Shown: positions 21,355 to 34,490 of the stretch, piece by piece
How positions within the stretch are numbered: the stretch's first letter is position 1
Layout: the number at the start of each line of letters is the position of its first letter
NCBI GenBank assembly: GCA_030295235.1
Contig: AP026164.1
Location: forward strand, 62,001 to 126,000
Origin: Fistulifera solaris
Lineage: Eukaryota
Length of the DNA stretch: 64,000 nucleotides
Reading direction: 5' to 3'
Notes under the pieces: generated by a model
Databases searched by the model: none
What the model was told of the DNA's origin: nothing
The model's input: the letters and a program-made list of their open reading frames with translations, nothing else
Program-made: the position numbers and the translations under genes

Positions 21355-23706
21355 CTACGAAGTGCGAGATATAACACTATTGAACGCAGCCTGACTCAAT
21401 GTCACTTTGTTTTCACTGTACTCTTGCAAGCGCTTCTTTCCCTTCTTTTGCTTCTCCAACAATTTCATTTTTCGTGTTTGGTCGCCGCCACCCACTACTT
21501 TGCCTGACTTGGTCAGGACATCCTTTCGATAGGCTTTAACGCGTTCGCTAGCAATGATACGCCCCGCGGCTTTGGCTTGAATGACAATGACAAATTGCTG
21601 GCGGGGTAATACCTCCTGGAGCTGCGGAGTTGATGCATGAGTGTGTTGTGTGACAAAGGGCAGTTGCTGCCGTACGATCATCTCAGCCGGCGTTTTCTTA
21701 CCTTCTTGCAAACAGCACGCCCTTCACTTTGCATAAAATCGCGATGACAAATGAAAGACAGTGGTTCTACTGCCTCACCATTAAGCATGATCTCGACCTT
21801 GTGTACGTCTGCGACAGCTAAACTATCGGGGTCCAAGGTGCTCGTGTCCAAACTTCCATAGCCAGCCGTTAATGTCTTGAGCTGGTCGTCGAAGTCGGTC
21901 ACAACGCCCGCCCAAGGGACTTTGGCTGTAAAAAGCCATTTTTCTTCGTCTAAAGGTTGTGTTTCAATCTCAGTGGCTCGCTTACGAGTCAAGAGATCAA
22001 GCACCGGTCCTGTATCTTCGTTTGCTCTGGCAATGATGCGAACATCAACAATCGGTTCCAATACTTTGAATTTTTGACTAAAATCCGGCCATTCGGAGAG
22101 ATCTTCAACAATTTGAGTGTACGGTTCCATGTTTTTCCGGTTCTTGTCGGGTAGAAACTGAATGGTGTAAGGTACTTTGGGTGGCGTCACAAGAGCTTCG
22201 ATTCCGAATTCATCCTTTAAACGTTGCCGAAAAACATCCGCGTGAAGCAGTCCTTGGAATCCAACACGAAGACCCGGCCCTAAAAATGGACCCCCCGATT
22301 CGCTTGTCTTTCCCATGGAGGATGTTTTTGTACTTCTAAGCCCGTGTCGTTCAGAGCCAGTCGGTCCACTGCATTGCACAAAGCCTCAAAGCCGCCGTCG
22401 TCCGCTTGTTCTGGATGCACGGTTGCATACAGAACCGATTTGAAACTCGCTAAATCACTAGAAATTTGTGGCAGTACCATGTCTTTATTGGCATGACTGC
22501 TCCAGACGAGAATAGTCCCCGGGATTGCCTGTCTGGGGTCTTTCAATCCAAAGCGCACGTATCCCATTTGTCCTCTGCGCAGTATTCCGGTACGCTTGCT
22601 GTGCGGGAGCAACATGCCAACTTCTTGGACAGGATATGACTGAGTATTCATGATTTTTGACTTAGCCTCGTCTGCATCTGGACCTCCCGTCACCATCGAT
22701 ATTCGATCTCCTTCTTCGATTTTTCCTGCCCGAATTTGTACTAAACATTGCACCCCACCGCGAGAAACATCATACCAAGAATCCACCACCACGGCTCGCA
22801 TAATCCCCGTTTCGGGATCATCTCCAATATCATCTTCAAGCGGTTGGGGAGGAGGGACTTGTTCGCAAACAGCGTCAAGTAATTCTCGAATCCCTTTTCG
22901 TTGTCGCGCACTCGTGTAAAGAATCGAATCCGGATCAATACCTTTCAGCCATTCCGCTACCGTCAATGCCACATGAAGTGGTCGAGCACTTCCTAAATCA
23001 ACTTTTGTCAGTGCCACCAACAAGTGAGGGGGCTGTGGTAATGTCTGCACTTTTTCGTAGACACTCCAAGTTTGAGCTTGGATGCCTTGCGCAGCATCCA
23101 GTAACAGAACAGCTCCCTGTACAAAATGCAGAGTCCGAGAGACCTCTCGACCAAAATCGACGTGGCCGGGTAAATCAAACATGTTGACCAAAAGTGTGCC
23201 CGCTGGACCGACTGCTGAAGGATGCCGATACAACATACTCGCCGTGGAAGCTTTCACCGTTATACCTCGTTCCTTCTCTACTGATAAAGTGTCTAACAAC
23301 TCAATCCGCTCTTTGTTTTTCCGGTTCACTGTTGCACCTTCATTTCCTTTTTCTTGATCGGCTTTCCAGGCGATTTCTTGGGCCTCTGCACCTAAGTTGC
23401 CTGTCAATTCGAGAATTCTCGAACTCAACGACTGAATGGTGACGAGGTGAATGCGCCATGTGAGTGAATCAAGCGCTGACAACACAAAGCGACTGAGTGT
23501 TCTCGTAGTCTTTGAGTTCTTACGCTTTTTCCGTGATCTATGTGCGCAATAAAGCACCAATTGCGGACATCTTGAAGAGGTATTTGTTGCAGCAAGTCTT
23601 CATTCTCGAGAATCGATACTTTTGAGGAGAAAGAGCGGAAGTCTCTGAAGCGAACTCGAGCGATTCTTTGCACAGTAGAGAGCTGCAAGAATCGAATTCT
23701 AAGCAT
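21355..23706 (-). CDS. GUF1: Translation factor GUF1/LepA (EF-4), mitochondrial
   Basis: 'IAHIDHGKS', '[11 protein letters not shown]', 'DLPGHVDF', '[15 protein letters not shown]', C-terminal 'RKDVLTK...[22 protein letters not shown]'. Introns 23432-23523 and 21622-21701. Confidence 0.92.
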
Positions 23707-23772
23707 TGCAAGTTCTATCCTGTTTATTGTCGCATACCTCAGGTAGTGTAACGTGAGATGATGGGGGCGAGC

Positions 23773-23796
23773 GACGTCTGACGTCTGACGTCTGAC
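23773..23796. promoter_or_regulatory. Tandem TGACGTC units (CRE/bZIP-like) just upstream of GUF1
   Basis: GACGTCTGACGTCTGACGTCTGAC about 70 bp upstream of the GUF1 ATG. Confidence 0.4.
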
Positions 23797-24525
23797 TCGC
23801 TTTCTCTCCTCAAGACAGGTCGTTTAGCCAGGACAAATGTCGTTTATTTGTTTCTTATAGAAACTTGCAACAGCATCAAAATTCACATCAAAGGGTCGAT
23901 ATTTTTTATCGCTTTCAATAGCAACACAGTTCCTATAGACAAAAATAATTCTCGGAGTAAATGAAAATGAGGCTGGATGCTGGAATGCGCACACCGCCGA
24001 CTATCATCCATCATCCCTCATGCGTCGAATTTCAATTTTTGTGTCGCACTGGGGATCGCGTTCTTTCCCATTTACTTTACATTAATGTTAACCGGTACCG
24101 GTACAAGTACCCGGTACGCCCTCTTATAGTTCGTAGGTGAGTGCAAAATTGGCAATTGAAGTTTAGAATGCGAGTTCATTTCGAGCAGGTTGGTCTTTAA
24201 AGAGAAAAGCGGGGACTCGTCACAAACTAGAAGCTCCTCCTTTGTTGTGTCATCCTTCGCAACAATGAATTGTAGCATGTGATCAGAATTCATGATCATT
24301 ACGAAAACTTGCAGAAGTATTTGAACGAGAAACCTGTCTTGAAAAAGCAACGCTTGAAACGAGCACTCGTCTAGCCAATTCTGTTTTATATTTAATTATA
24401 ATTCATGATGCAATACAAGTTGTGCTCATACCATTCTCGATTGCAACACAATGTAAGAAAAACTTCGAGTGATGTCAAAAGAAAAACACGTTTGTCGTGT
24501 TATTCAGGCACTAATTTTATTTCCA

Positions 24526-27500
24526 CTACAAGAACTGCATCTGCATGCCCGCTTCGGATTTTTGTGCGCGGTTCAAACGATCTTTGAGACTGATTTCCAT
24601 CTTTTTGAATTCAGCGCTAGGCGTTTCCACAAAACGCTGCTGCGACTCAAGTCCTTCTGTGGGGCTTGTTCAGGCGCGTCGTTTCCGTCTCCCCATTGGT
24701 CGATCTCCTGCTGGAGCAACTTGAGTTTCTGCTTCGCCCGAATGCGTTCTAACGCCGAGTCTTTCGCAGTGCCTTGCTCATTGACCCAGAAGCAATTCAT
24801 TTCGCCTTTGCCTTTTATCGACACCGGTCCACGCGGTTTTAACGGAAGTTCGGGAGCCTGGTCCTTCAAGTACTTTGCTGCTTCCTCACTGCAGTTGATA
24901 CGATTCATAGCCGAGTTACTTTCCATCCGACTGGCGGTGTTGACGGTGTCACCGAACAAGCAATAACGTGGGTTTCGATTCCCAACGACATCCGCCACGA
25001 CGGGGCCCGAGTGAAAGCCAACGCGAATATTCACATGTCCTTTCGAGGGGTCGTCTTCGTCAATAAGAGTCTCGTTGGCGACAGCGACGGCACGAATTGC
25101 AAACTCGGCAATCCGCTTGGCGTGGTCGTGCGTTTGCTTCGAAACGAGATTTGTTACGGCCATGTATGCGTCTCCGATGGTCTCGACCTTGAAGATCTCC
25201 AACTCCTGCGAAAGAGCATCAAATTTGTGATACAAACGATCGAGCATGTTGGCCACTTTCGATGGATCCATTCGAGCACTCATGTCTGTGTATCCTACTA
25301 TGTCAGAGAAAAAGATTGTCACGACATCCTTGTGTTCGGGCTCGACCTTGCGACCGTCTCTCAACGCTTCGGCGACATGCCGCGGGAAAATATCAAACAG
25401 CGACACACGCGAATGTTTTGCGTTCGATGTAGCTGAAGCCGATAAGGCGGCTTCGGCATCAATGCGACGGAGACGCGTGTCGATCTCCTCAAACGTCGGA
25501 CGTTTATCTGGATCATCATCCAAACAATCAGCCATGAGAGCCTTTAACGCGGCTGGCATGTGGCTGGGAGCAGGTGGCCGCTTTCGAATTAAAGGGTCGG
25601 CAACAGCTCGCAAAACATCTCTTGCTGGTTGGCCTTCGTAGGGGTCTCGTCGTGCATATACTTCGTACAGCATGATACCGAAGGAGTAGACGTCTGTTTT
25701 GTCCGTGTTCTTTGACTCTCTTCGCAACAACTCCGGCGCCATCCAAAACGGGGTCCCCGTTCCGCCCATGTTCTTTTTCTGACTAAGACCGAAATCGGCT
25801 ACTTTAGCACGGAAACGAGTGTCAACCAGGATGTTGGCCGCTTTGAGGTCGCCGTGAATGACCTTTGGTTCAGCGGAATGCAAAAACGGACACCCTGCGA
25901 AATGTCGCACAATATTTGCAGTAGAACGTCTCCTTCCAACACCATGGTTTCGTTGTGAAGCAGGTCGTAGAGGGAACCATGATCCATGAATTCCATGACG
26001 AGCATGGGGTCTTCATCTTTTTCCATCACAGCGCCCATGACGGTCGTAATACAGGGATGTCGAAGGCGACTCAAATACCTCATCTCCTCCACAAAGTCTT
26101 CTCGCATTTTGCGGTAATTTTGGTAGTCCGATGCAACACTGTTTTTGCGGGATTTTGCCAAGCCTGAAAGAACTCCTATGTTACTCCAAGATGTTGTGCC
26201 TGAACGAGTTCCTAAACTCGCGAATGTTCCTGAAACACTTCCACGGCCCTGGCCCGAGGTTGTATTTGAGTGATCTTCGGTTGCATCTCCCTGAGTGGCG
26301 CTTGGATCAATTCCGGCGAATGCTTCGGAATCCATATCGAAGACGCTTTTACGAACAGCACTGTCGGCTTTCCCAGACGCACTTTCGGATCCGTGAAACG
26401 AGATCTTGGTTCTTTTCTTCGGCGGGATAGCGCGCTTCACGGCCACTTTTGTGCCACGATATTCTGCCGACAGGACCAAACCGTATTGTCCTCTACCTAG
26501 AATCTCTGGTGGATCGGCAAAGTGCAGCTCGTGTTTTTGCACCCTCCAAACAGAGTCGTTCGATTTTTTCTTGAATTCACGGATTAAGCACCACACCAGA
26601 CTTGCTGCTAATAGCAAGAATGCTGTGGCACCACAGGCAACGCCAATCAGCATACCTGTATTCGCGTCGGGAGGAGGAGCCAAGTCGTTTGGAAGATTCG
26701 TTGTACCGTCGTTGAATATATAATCGCCGCGTACCTGCCACTCGGAATTGTTGAAGACGTGCGTTAGAATTGTGTCGAATTTCTGGTCACCATCTGGTAC
26801 AGCTGGGTCAACAGGAACAGGAATATGATTGGCGACGCGATAGAGAGCTGTTTCCGGCAAACGAGTGCCAGTAACAGGATCAAGCACAACCCGACCACTG
26901 ATTCCATCGAATTCAATTGCCCTAAATTTTTCGTAGTGGAGAGTGCCGTTCAAAAACAGCTCCTCGCTTTCGTTGTTCACAACAGCTTGACAAGCGCTCA
27001 AACCTAAAGCGATTGCCGCTTCGTAAGCGAATGGGGACAACCCATTTGTAACAACTTGGTTCAAGAATGTGGGATCATCTGGCTGCACGAAATCAGGTGG
27101 AGGCAAATCAGGACGAGGCCAAAAATCACGCATGTAGTCCATGTCAATCTCGTTGCGCATTTTGCTCAGTTGTTCCAAGTAGGCATCATATTGTACCATA
27201 CCATTAACACCGCCTGATATTTCAAGGAGACCGACTCCCCTTTTATAATGTTAGCGTGAAGCACACGTACAATTTGAGTTTGACTTTTAAAAAACGTACC
27301 GGTACGCCTTATAAAGTGGCGAATCTTTATCAAAGGTTCGATCCACCAAGACCCCCAAGAAGGAGTCACCAAATATCCAGTTGTGCAAGCCATTCCCTGC
27401 GACGCCCTGATTGTAGGCCTCAAGCAAGAGTTCGTCGTGTGTTTCAACGGTAAAGACCAAGCAAAACACAAATCGAAATCCACTTTGCTTTACGCTTGCC

Positions 27501-28234
27501 ACTGCTGCTTTAATACTTTCTGAATTGTCATCGACTGGTATTTGTTGAATAATCAAATCAGGGACGTACTTTGCTGTTGCTTGTCGCATGCCCTCGACGT
27601 AAGCATTGCCATAAGCATCGTTGATATTGATTACAGCCAAGTGTTTGATTTGAAGTGCATTTCGTAAGTATAGCACTAATGGAACCGCATTACCTGCGTC
27701 TGAAGGTAATGTTCTGCCAAAGAGAGGATACTGACTGCGGTCATCTAGGTCGGCTGATGTCGATCCAGGTGATACTTGCGGGTAACCTAGTAGACCTGTA
27801 ACTATCGCCATGGGCATGCTGACAGCACTACGATACGCACCGATGAATGCGCAGGCTTTTCCCGTTTGCTCTACAACGTGCTTCAAAGCGACTCCGGGAG
27901 TATAGGCGGTATCCGCCGTCATCATAGTGAAGCGGATGGGACATTTCTCGTGCAAACCAGCAACTTGGGGAACGATACTTCCATCTCCTGTGTTCAAATG
28001 TTGGATAGCCAAAGCAACAGAGAAAGCGTCTTCATAAGTCGCTCGATGCGGCAAATCAGTTCCGGTTGTAAACGGTTCGATAACGCTGAGAGGACAAACA
28101 GCGAAAGGTTTCCCTTCCTGAGAAACAAAACGGTCTGCGTTGCTATTTTCAGGTCGATCGAGCGTCGCATTCGATTCGTAGAAAGAATCATAGTAGCGCA
28201 GTGACCACAGTGTTCCTTCGTTAGACTGGGCCAT
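24526..28234 (-). CDS. Receptor-type kinase-guanylate cyclase, copy 1 (ANF/Venus-flytrap ligand-binding domain, TM, kinase, class III cyclase)
   Basis: ANF-like 'AFIGAYRSAVS...PQVSPGSTSADLDDRSQYPLFGRTLPSD'; TM 'LIGVACGATAFLLLAASLVWCLI'; kinase GRGQYG/VAVK/HGDLKAAN/DFG/APE; cyclase 'FFSDIVGYT', 'KVETIGDAYM', 'PRYCLFGDTVNTASRMES'. Intron at about 27240-27299. Confidence 0.92.
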
Positions 28235-28660
28235 TTGCGACTATTGACGATTGATGATGACGAAGAAAGTGTTTGAGAGAAAATGAAGAGAAATGTGTTG
28301 TTATTTGTTTCTTGTCGCTGGAAAACGAACAAACGTCCGTGAAAGCACGAGACACTAATAGATCGGACGATAGATGTGGGGCGAAAGGCTAAAATGCACT
28401 TCACAGTCATAGTCATAAATAACAAACAACGAACAATAACTATTGTCAATACTACAATAAAATTAATACTCGATGTCTGCAGTCATTTGTCATTTTCGTG
28501 GTACATTCTACACCATCTATTTTGTATCAGTCTTATATTGGTCGTCACCAGTCACCAGTAGTCCAATGGTCCTTGGTCCTTGGTCTTTGGCACTTGGTTC
28601 TCTTTATTGGTTCTTACTTTGTAGTAGTAGGTTAGCGGCTGCACTCATGCGTGACACATG

Positions 28661-28764
28661 ACACTGAAACGGCGTTCGCTACTTCGTACACTGAAACGGC
28701 GTTCGCTACGAACGTTGTAGAATGAATCATCTTGTACCGGAGGCAGAATTTTAACGTCGTTTCC
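28661..28764. repeat. 27-bp-period tandem repeat followed by a copy of the 14.1-kb inverted-repeat arm
   Basis: acactgaaacggcgttcgctac at 28661-28682 and 28688-28709; gaggcagaattttaacg at 28740-28756, with flanks matching 14120-14159. Confidence 0.75.
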
Positions 28765-29481
28765 AGTAAGTGACAAGTGACAAATGGTGTAAATTATAAA
28801 AATGTACGACCAACACGCCCACACTACCAGGTCGGTACCCGGTACCGGTCCCTGGTACTTGTAGCCATAGCCCATCCACATCGACATCAGACAACCCATG
28901 ACAAACGACACTCAGTTTACGGTGCACATGGCTAATTAACAGAGGGCTATCAAAGCATCAGAATGGCTGGCACGAATTGATAACAACTGTCGACTGTAAT
29001 GGCACTCTTGAGCGGACGTGGGTAATGTAGCCCGACTGCTGCAACGCAAGGGGGGCGTCCTGTGGGGCTTAATGTGACTCCAAATTAGTCGATCCAACGA
29101 AGGCAGCGCGGAAAAGCTACAGTAATCGCTTTAGCAATGTCGCATCATGTTTCTAAAAGACAAATGCATCAGTATTTCTTTCGCATGAATCGATTGCAAA
29201 GTCGGAATTGAAGGCGTCATGGTTCTTGAGCAGTTCTGCAAATACGCATCCCTGCACCGCGCTTCGATGGATCTTGTTTTGAAACAGTCAATGTTTTGTG
29301 CAAGCGATTTCCCTGGAAATGAGGTGTCCTGTTTCACTCTCGACTCTCCTACTAGAGTAGGCGGAACAAATGTCAAACCCACTTTGTCAGGGCTGACCGA
29401 TTTCCGTACTACACAGGAAGAAGACAAGGAACGCGAAAGCAGTTATTGGATCTGTCAACGAAACAGTTTGTTTTGTGATAA

Positions 29482-29508
29482 GATGATGATGATGATGATG
29501 ATGATGAT
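29482..29508. repeat. (GAT)9 microsatellite
   Basis: Read directly from the sequence. Confidence 0.9.
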
Positions 29509-30172
29509 GTTCAATCTAGCCAGCGCTTCTTTCATTGCTACGTAAAAATTTCTCCTAAAATCTGATGGTCGTTTGAAGACTGCGCAAATCGACACACAAT
29601 AAGAAAATTTATGTTTCGTGATGTCGAGCTAGATCATAGCAACTATTAGTAGGTAATGCAGTGCGAAGAAGACGTCGTCTCTGTGGTGAACGACTTCGTA
29701 CTCTTCCACGATTGATAACATGAAAATCGTTGCAAAAGATTAAATAAAAATCGATTCAAGGCGGACAAATTCAAAAAAGTCGATTCTAGGCGGGCAAAAG
29801 GTGCTGGCAAATGCGAGGCACTGCTTTGCTTTTTGTATTCTGAGTCAGTGACCAACCGAAGGTCCGATTCACGCGTTGCAAAATGGTTCGAACGAGTCGA
29901 AGTACGGCGGAAAGACAAAGCTAGAATTACAAAGCCCCGTTGTGTGTTTTCATTCGTTACTGGTATCCTCTGAGAGGTACACAACTGCAGCGATCCTACG
30001 AATGTGAGAATGGTTGTAAATCATTGCAACTTGCAGCAGGAATGCAGGAATCAAAATCAAAATTAAAATCAATCTATAACCCGGCAGGAAACATTGTGGT
30101 GCAAAAGAAATCTTATACCGTGTTAAACAAATCGATGGTCTTGGTTGGAAGATTTCTGAACATCACTACACA

Positions 30173-33100
30173 TTACAAGAACTGCATCTGCATGCCCGCT
30201 TCGGATTTTTGTGCGCGGTTCAAACGATCTTTGAGACTGATTTCCATCTTTTTGAATTCAGCGCTAGGCGTTTCCACAAAGCGCTGCTGCGACTCCAAGT
30301 CCTTCTGTGGGGCTTGTTCAGGCGCGTCGTTTCCGTCTCCCCATTGGTCGATCTCCTGCTGGAGCAACTTGAGTTTCTGCTTCGCCCGAATGCGTTCTAA
30401 CGCCGAGTCTTTAGCAGTGCCTTGCTCATTGACCCAGAAGCAGTTCATTTCGCCTTTGCCTTTTATCGACACCGGTCCACGCGGTTTTAACGGAAGTTCG
30501 GGAGCCTGGTCCTTCAAGTACTTTGCTGCTTCCTCACTGCAGTTGATACGATTCATAGCCGAGTTACTTTCCATCCGACTGGCGGTGTTGACGGTGTCAC
30601 CGAACAAGCAATAACGTGGGTTTCGATTCCCAACGACATCCGCCACGACGGGGCCCGAGTGAAAGCCAACGCGAATATTCACATGTCCTTTCGAGGGGTC
30701 GTCTTCGTCAATAAGAGTCTCGTTGGCGACAGCGACGGCACGAATTGCAAACTCGGCAATCCGCTTGGCGTGGTCGTGCGTTTGCTTCGAAACGAGATTT
30801 GTTACGGCCATGTATGCGTCTCCGATGGTCTCGACCTTGAAGATCTCCAACTCCTGCGAAAGAGCATCAAATTTGTGATACAAACGATCGAGCATGTTGG
30901 CCACTTTCGATGGATCCATTCGAGCACTCATGTCTGTGTATCCTACTATGTCAGAGAAAAAGATTGTCACGACATCCTTGTGTTCGGGCTCGACCTTGCG
31001 ACCGTCTCTCAACGCTTCGGCGACATGCCGCGGGAAAATATCAAACAGCGACACACGCGAATGTTTTGCGTTCGATGTAGCTGAAGCCGATAAGGCGGCT
31101 TCGGCATCAATGCGACGGAGACGCGTGTCGATCTCCTCAAACGTCGGACGTTTATCTGGATCATCATCCAAACAATCAGCCATGAGAGCCTTTAACGCGG
31201 CTGGCATGTGGCTGGGAGCAGGTGGCCGCTTTCGAATTAAAGGGTCGGCAACAGCTCGCAAAACATCTCTTGCTGGTTGGCCTTCGTAGGGGTCTCGTCG
31301 TGCATATACTTCGTACAGCATGATACCGAAGGAGTAGACGTCCGTTTTGTCGGTGTTCTTTGACTCTCTTCGCAACAACTCCGGCGCCATCCAAAACGGG
31401 GTCCCCGTTCCGCCCATGTTCTTTTTCTGACTAAGACCGAAATCGGCTACTTTAGCACGGAAACGAGTGTCAACCAGGATGTTGGCCGCTTTGAGGTCGC
31501 CGTGAATGACCTTTGGTTCAGCGGAGTGCAAAAGCGCACACCCTGCGAAATGTCGCACAATATTTGCAGTAGAACGTCTCCTTCCAACACCATGGTTTCG
31601 TTGTGAAGCAGGTCGTAGAGGGAGCCATGATCCATGAATTCCATGACGAGCATGGGGTCTTCATCTTTTTCCATCACAGCGCCCATGACGGTCGTAATAC
31701 AGGGATGTCGAAGGCGACTCAAATACCGCATTTCCTCCACAAAGTCTTCTCGCATTTTGCGGTAATTTTGGTAGTCCGATGCAACACTGTTTTTCCGATA
31801 TTTTGTTAAGCCGGACAAACTTCCAACATTGCTCCAAGACGTTGTTCCAGATTGTGTACCAGAATTATTGGTGCCTGGGCCCGAACTTGTTCCCGAATGG
31901 TCTTCCGTTGCATCACCGTTTGTACTACTAGGATCATTGCCAACTAAAGGCTCGGAATCCACATCAAACAAGCTCTTGCGTGCTGCCTCGCTGGCTTTTC
32001 CCGATGAGCTCCCTGAACCATGGTTTGGTTTCTTGGCCTTTTTCTTCGGCGGGATAGCGCGCTTCACGGCCACTTTTGTGCCACGGTATTCAGCCGACAA
32101 GACCAAACCAAATTGGCCTCTACCTAAAATCTCTGGTGGATCGGCAAAGTGTAACTCATGCTTTTGCACCCTCCAAACAGAGTCATTCGATTTTCGCTTG
32201 TGTTCGCGAATAAGACACCACACCAGGCTTGCCGCCAATAGGAGAAAGGCCGTTGCACCGCAAGCAACACCAATCAGCATACCTGTATTCTCGTCAGGTG
32301 GAGGAGCTACATCGACAGGAAGATTCGTTGTACCGTCGTTAAAAATGTATTCGCCACGCGTCTGCCATTCGGAATCAACAAATACGTGCGTCAAAACCGT
32401 GTCAAATTTGTGGTCGCCTTCCGGTGCGCTGTTATCAGTGGGAACGGGGATAAAGTTTACGACACGATAGAGTGCTGTTTCTGGCAAACGTGTGCCAGTT
32501 GAAGGATCAAGCACGACCCGGCCGCTGATTCCATCAAACTCTGTTTTCTTGAACATCTCATAGTGCTGCGTACCGTTCAAGAACATGTCTTTACTTTCAT
32601 CATTTTCAAACGACTGACAAGCACTCAAGCCCAACGCAATCGCCGCTTCATAAGCAAATGGCGCAAATCCGTTTGTAACGACTTTGTTCAAGAAGGTCGG
32701 ATCATTTGGCCGTACGAAATCAGGTGGATCTAAATCGGGACGAGGCCAAAGACTACGCAAGTAGTCCATATCAACTTCGTTGCGCATTTGGCTTAATTGA
32801 GCTATGAAAATATCAAACTTTTGCATTCCACTAACACCGCCTGACAGTTCAAGTAGACCAACACCTCTAATTAAAACAAAATGAGTTTCTCCGTTGTTAG
32901 TGTCGTGCGATGCCCGGACAGAAACTCGGCTCATCGTTCATAGAGAGCAATTACTCACCTGTATGCTAAAGAGAGAGGCGAATCTTTTCAAATATCCGAT
33001 CATCCAAGACACCAAGGAATGAGTCTCCGAAAATCCAATTGTGCAAGCCATTTCCAGCAACTCCCTGATTATAAGCTTCCGTCAAAAGCGCATCGTGCAT

Positions 33101-33893
33101 TTCAATGTCAAAGACCAAGCAAAATACAAATCGAAACCCACTCCGTTTGATGCTCGCAACCGCAGCTTGAATGCTTGCTGCGTTCTCATCCACCGTAATT
33201 TGCTGAATGATTAGATCTGGTGTGTACTCGACGGCTGCTTGTCGCATGCCGTCCACGTAGGGAGTTTCCGTACGAGTCGTTGATGTTGACCACAACCAAC
33301 GAAGTCATCTGCAATACATTTCGTAAATACAGTACCAGCGGAACAGTGTTTCCGGCATCGGAAGGTACAGTCCTTCCAAAGAGAGGATACTGACTACGAT
33401 CATCTAAATCCGTTGACGTAGATGCTGAACTGACTTGAGGATAACCAAGTAGGCCTGAAACAATAGCCATGGGCATGCTGACCGCACTGCGATATTCACC
33501 GATGAAAGCGCAGGCTTTTCCAGATTGATCTACGACGTGCTTCAAGGCGTTACCTCCCGAGTCGGCGCTGTCCGCCGTCATCATAGTGAATCGAATGGGG
33601 CATTTCTCGTGCAAACCGGTAACTTGAGGAACGATGCTTCCGTCTCCTGTATTCAAATGTTGGATAGCTAGTGCGATCGAAACAGCATCTTCGTACACTC
33701 CTCGAAAAGGAATATCGTCTCCTGTTGTAAAAGGCTCGACGAAGCTAAGAGGACAAATGGCGAAAGGCTCCCCTTCCTCGGAAACAAAACGATCGACATT
33801 GCTGTTTTCAGGTCGATCGAAAGTTGAGTTTGATTCGTAGAATGAATCGTAATAACGAAGTGACCAGAGCGTGCCTTTGTCAGCTTCGGTCAT
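30173..33893 (-). CDS. Receptor-type kinase-guanylate cyclase, copy 2 (tandem paralog)
   Basis: Same architecture as copy 1. The kinase C-lobe and cyclase DNA are near-identical to copy 1 (offset about 5648 bp); the extracellular domain has diverged. Intron at about 32866-32958. Confidence 0.92.
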
Positions 33894-34290
33894 GTTAGAC
33901 AATTCTTGAGGTCGTATTTGTGCGTCAAAGAATGAAGTCGAAAGGTAGGCGAGAGGCGCAACAATGGGGATAAAGTTGAAAGTTGAATGCGACGGATTTC
34001 AAATAAATGCAATGCAAATTGATCGGGCGGAGTTTTTCGCAAAATGCAAGGCCCTGGTACTGCGAGCGTCACTGTACTGGGACGAGAAAAAGAGATGGAC
34101 GACGGAAAACGGAGAGAACGGAGATCCGAAGTCCGTGAATGATCATCATCGGCTAAATACGATCTGTACTTATTATACCATTGTAGAGAATTATGAATTA
34201 TTGTCTGCAAATTCGAAAGACCGAAGACCGAGACCAAGCGAATAGCAGAAGTAAGAAAGTATAGTTCGACACGCTCTAAAATAACAAATA

Positions 34291-34490
34291 ACGAATATCG
34301 ATATTCATGTTATAATAACGTATTATATCAGAGCCATTTTTCCCAATATCGATATTTATCGATATTCGTACGCCTGACAGACGGATTTGTGGCATTTTAC
34401 GCTAAAATGGCTGTATTTTGCGGGCGAAGACAGACGGTCCCCGATATTAATATCGGTTATTATATCGTATAATACGATATTGATATTCGT
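34291..34490. repeat. ~200-bp AT-rich palindrome cluster with terminal inverted repeats (MITE-like)
   Basis: Palindromes gaatatcgatattc (34293-34306), aatatcgatatt (34345-34356), ccgatattaatatcgg (34441-34456) and atatcgtat-a-atacgatat (34462-34480). The ends 34291-34304 and 34477-34490 are a 13/14 inverted match. Confidence 0.6.

Noticed and set aside
25880..25890. Same-position -1 frameshift in both cyclase copies (also about 31530) as a programmed frameshift
   Set aside because: Both are one T short in a T run (RFLH expected). Systematic homopolymer under-calling explains this, though short-read data would be needed to exclude a real shared indel.
28661..28709. Direct repeats resembling a CRISPR array
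   Set aside because: Only two 22-bp copies separated by 5 bp, no cas genes and a eukaryotic context.
29131..29984. Short ORFs between the cyclase paralogs (also 24072-24350)
   Set aside because: No recognisable domain or convincing splice structure; cannot be supported as genes.
24469..32470. Long plus-strand ORFs (e.g. 24469-24966, 29940-30614, 31829-32470)
   Set aside because: Antisense shadows of the cyclase genes with no recognisable motifs.
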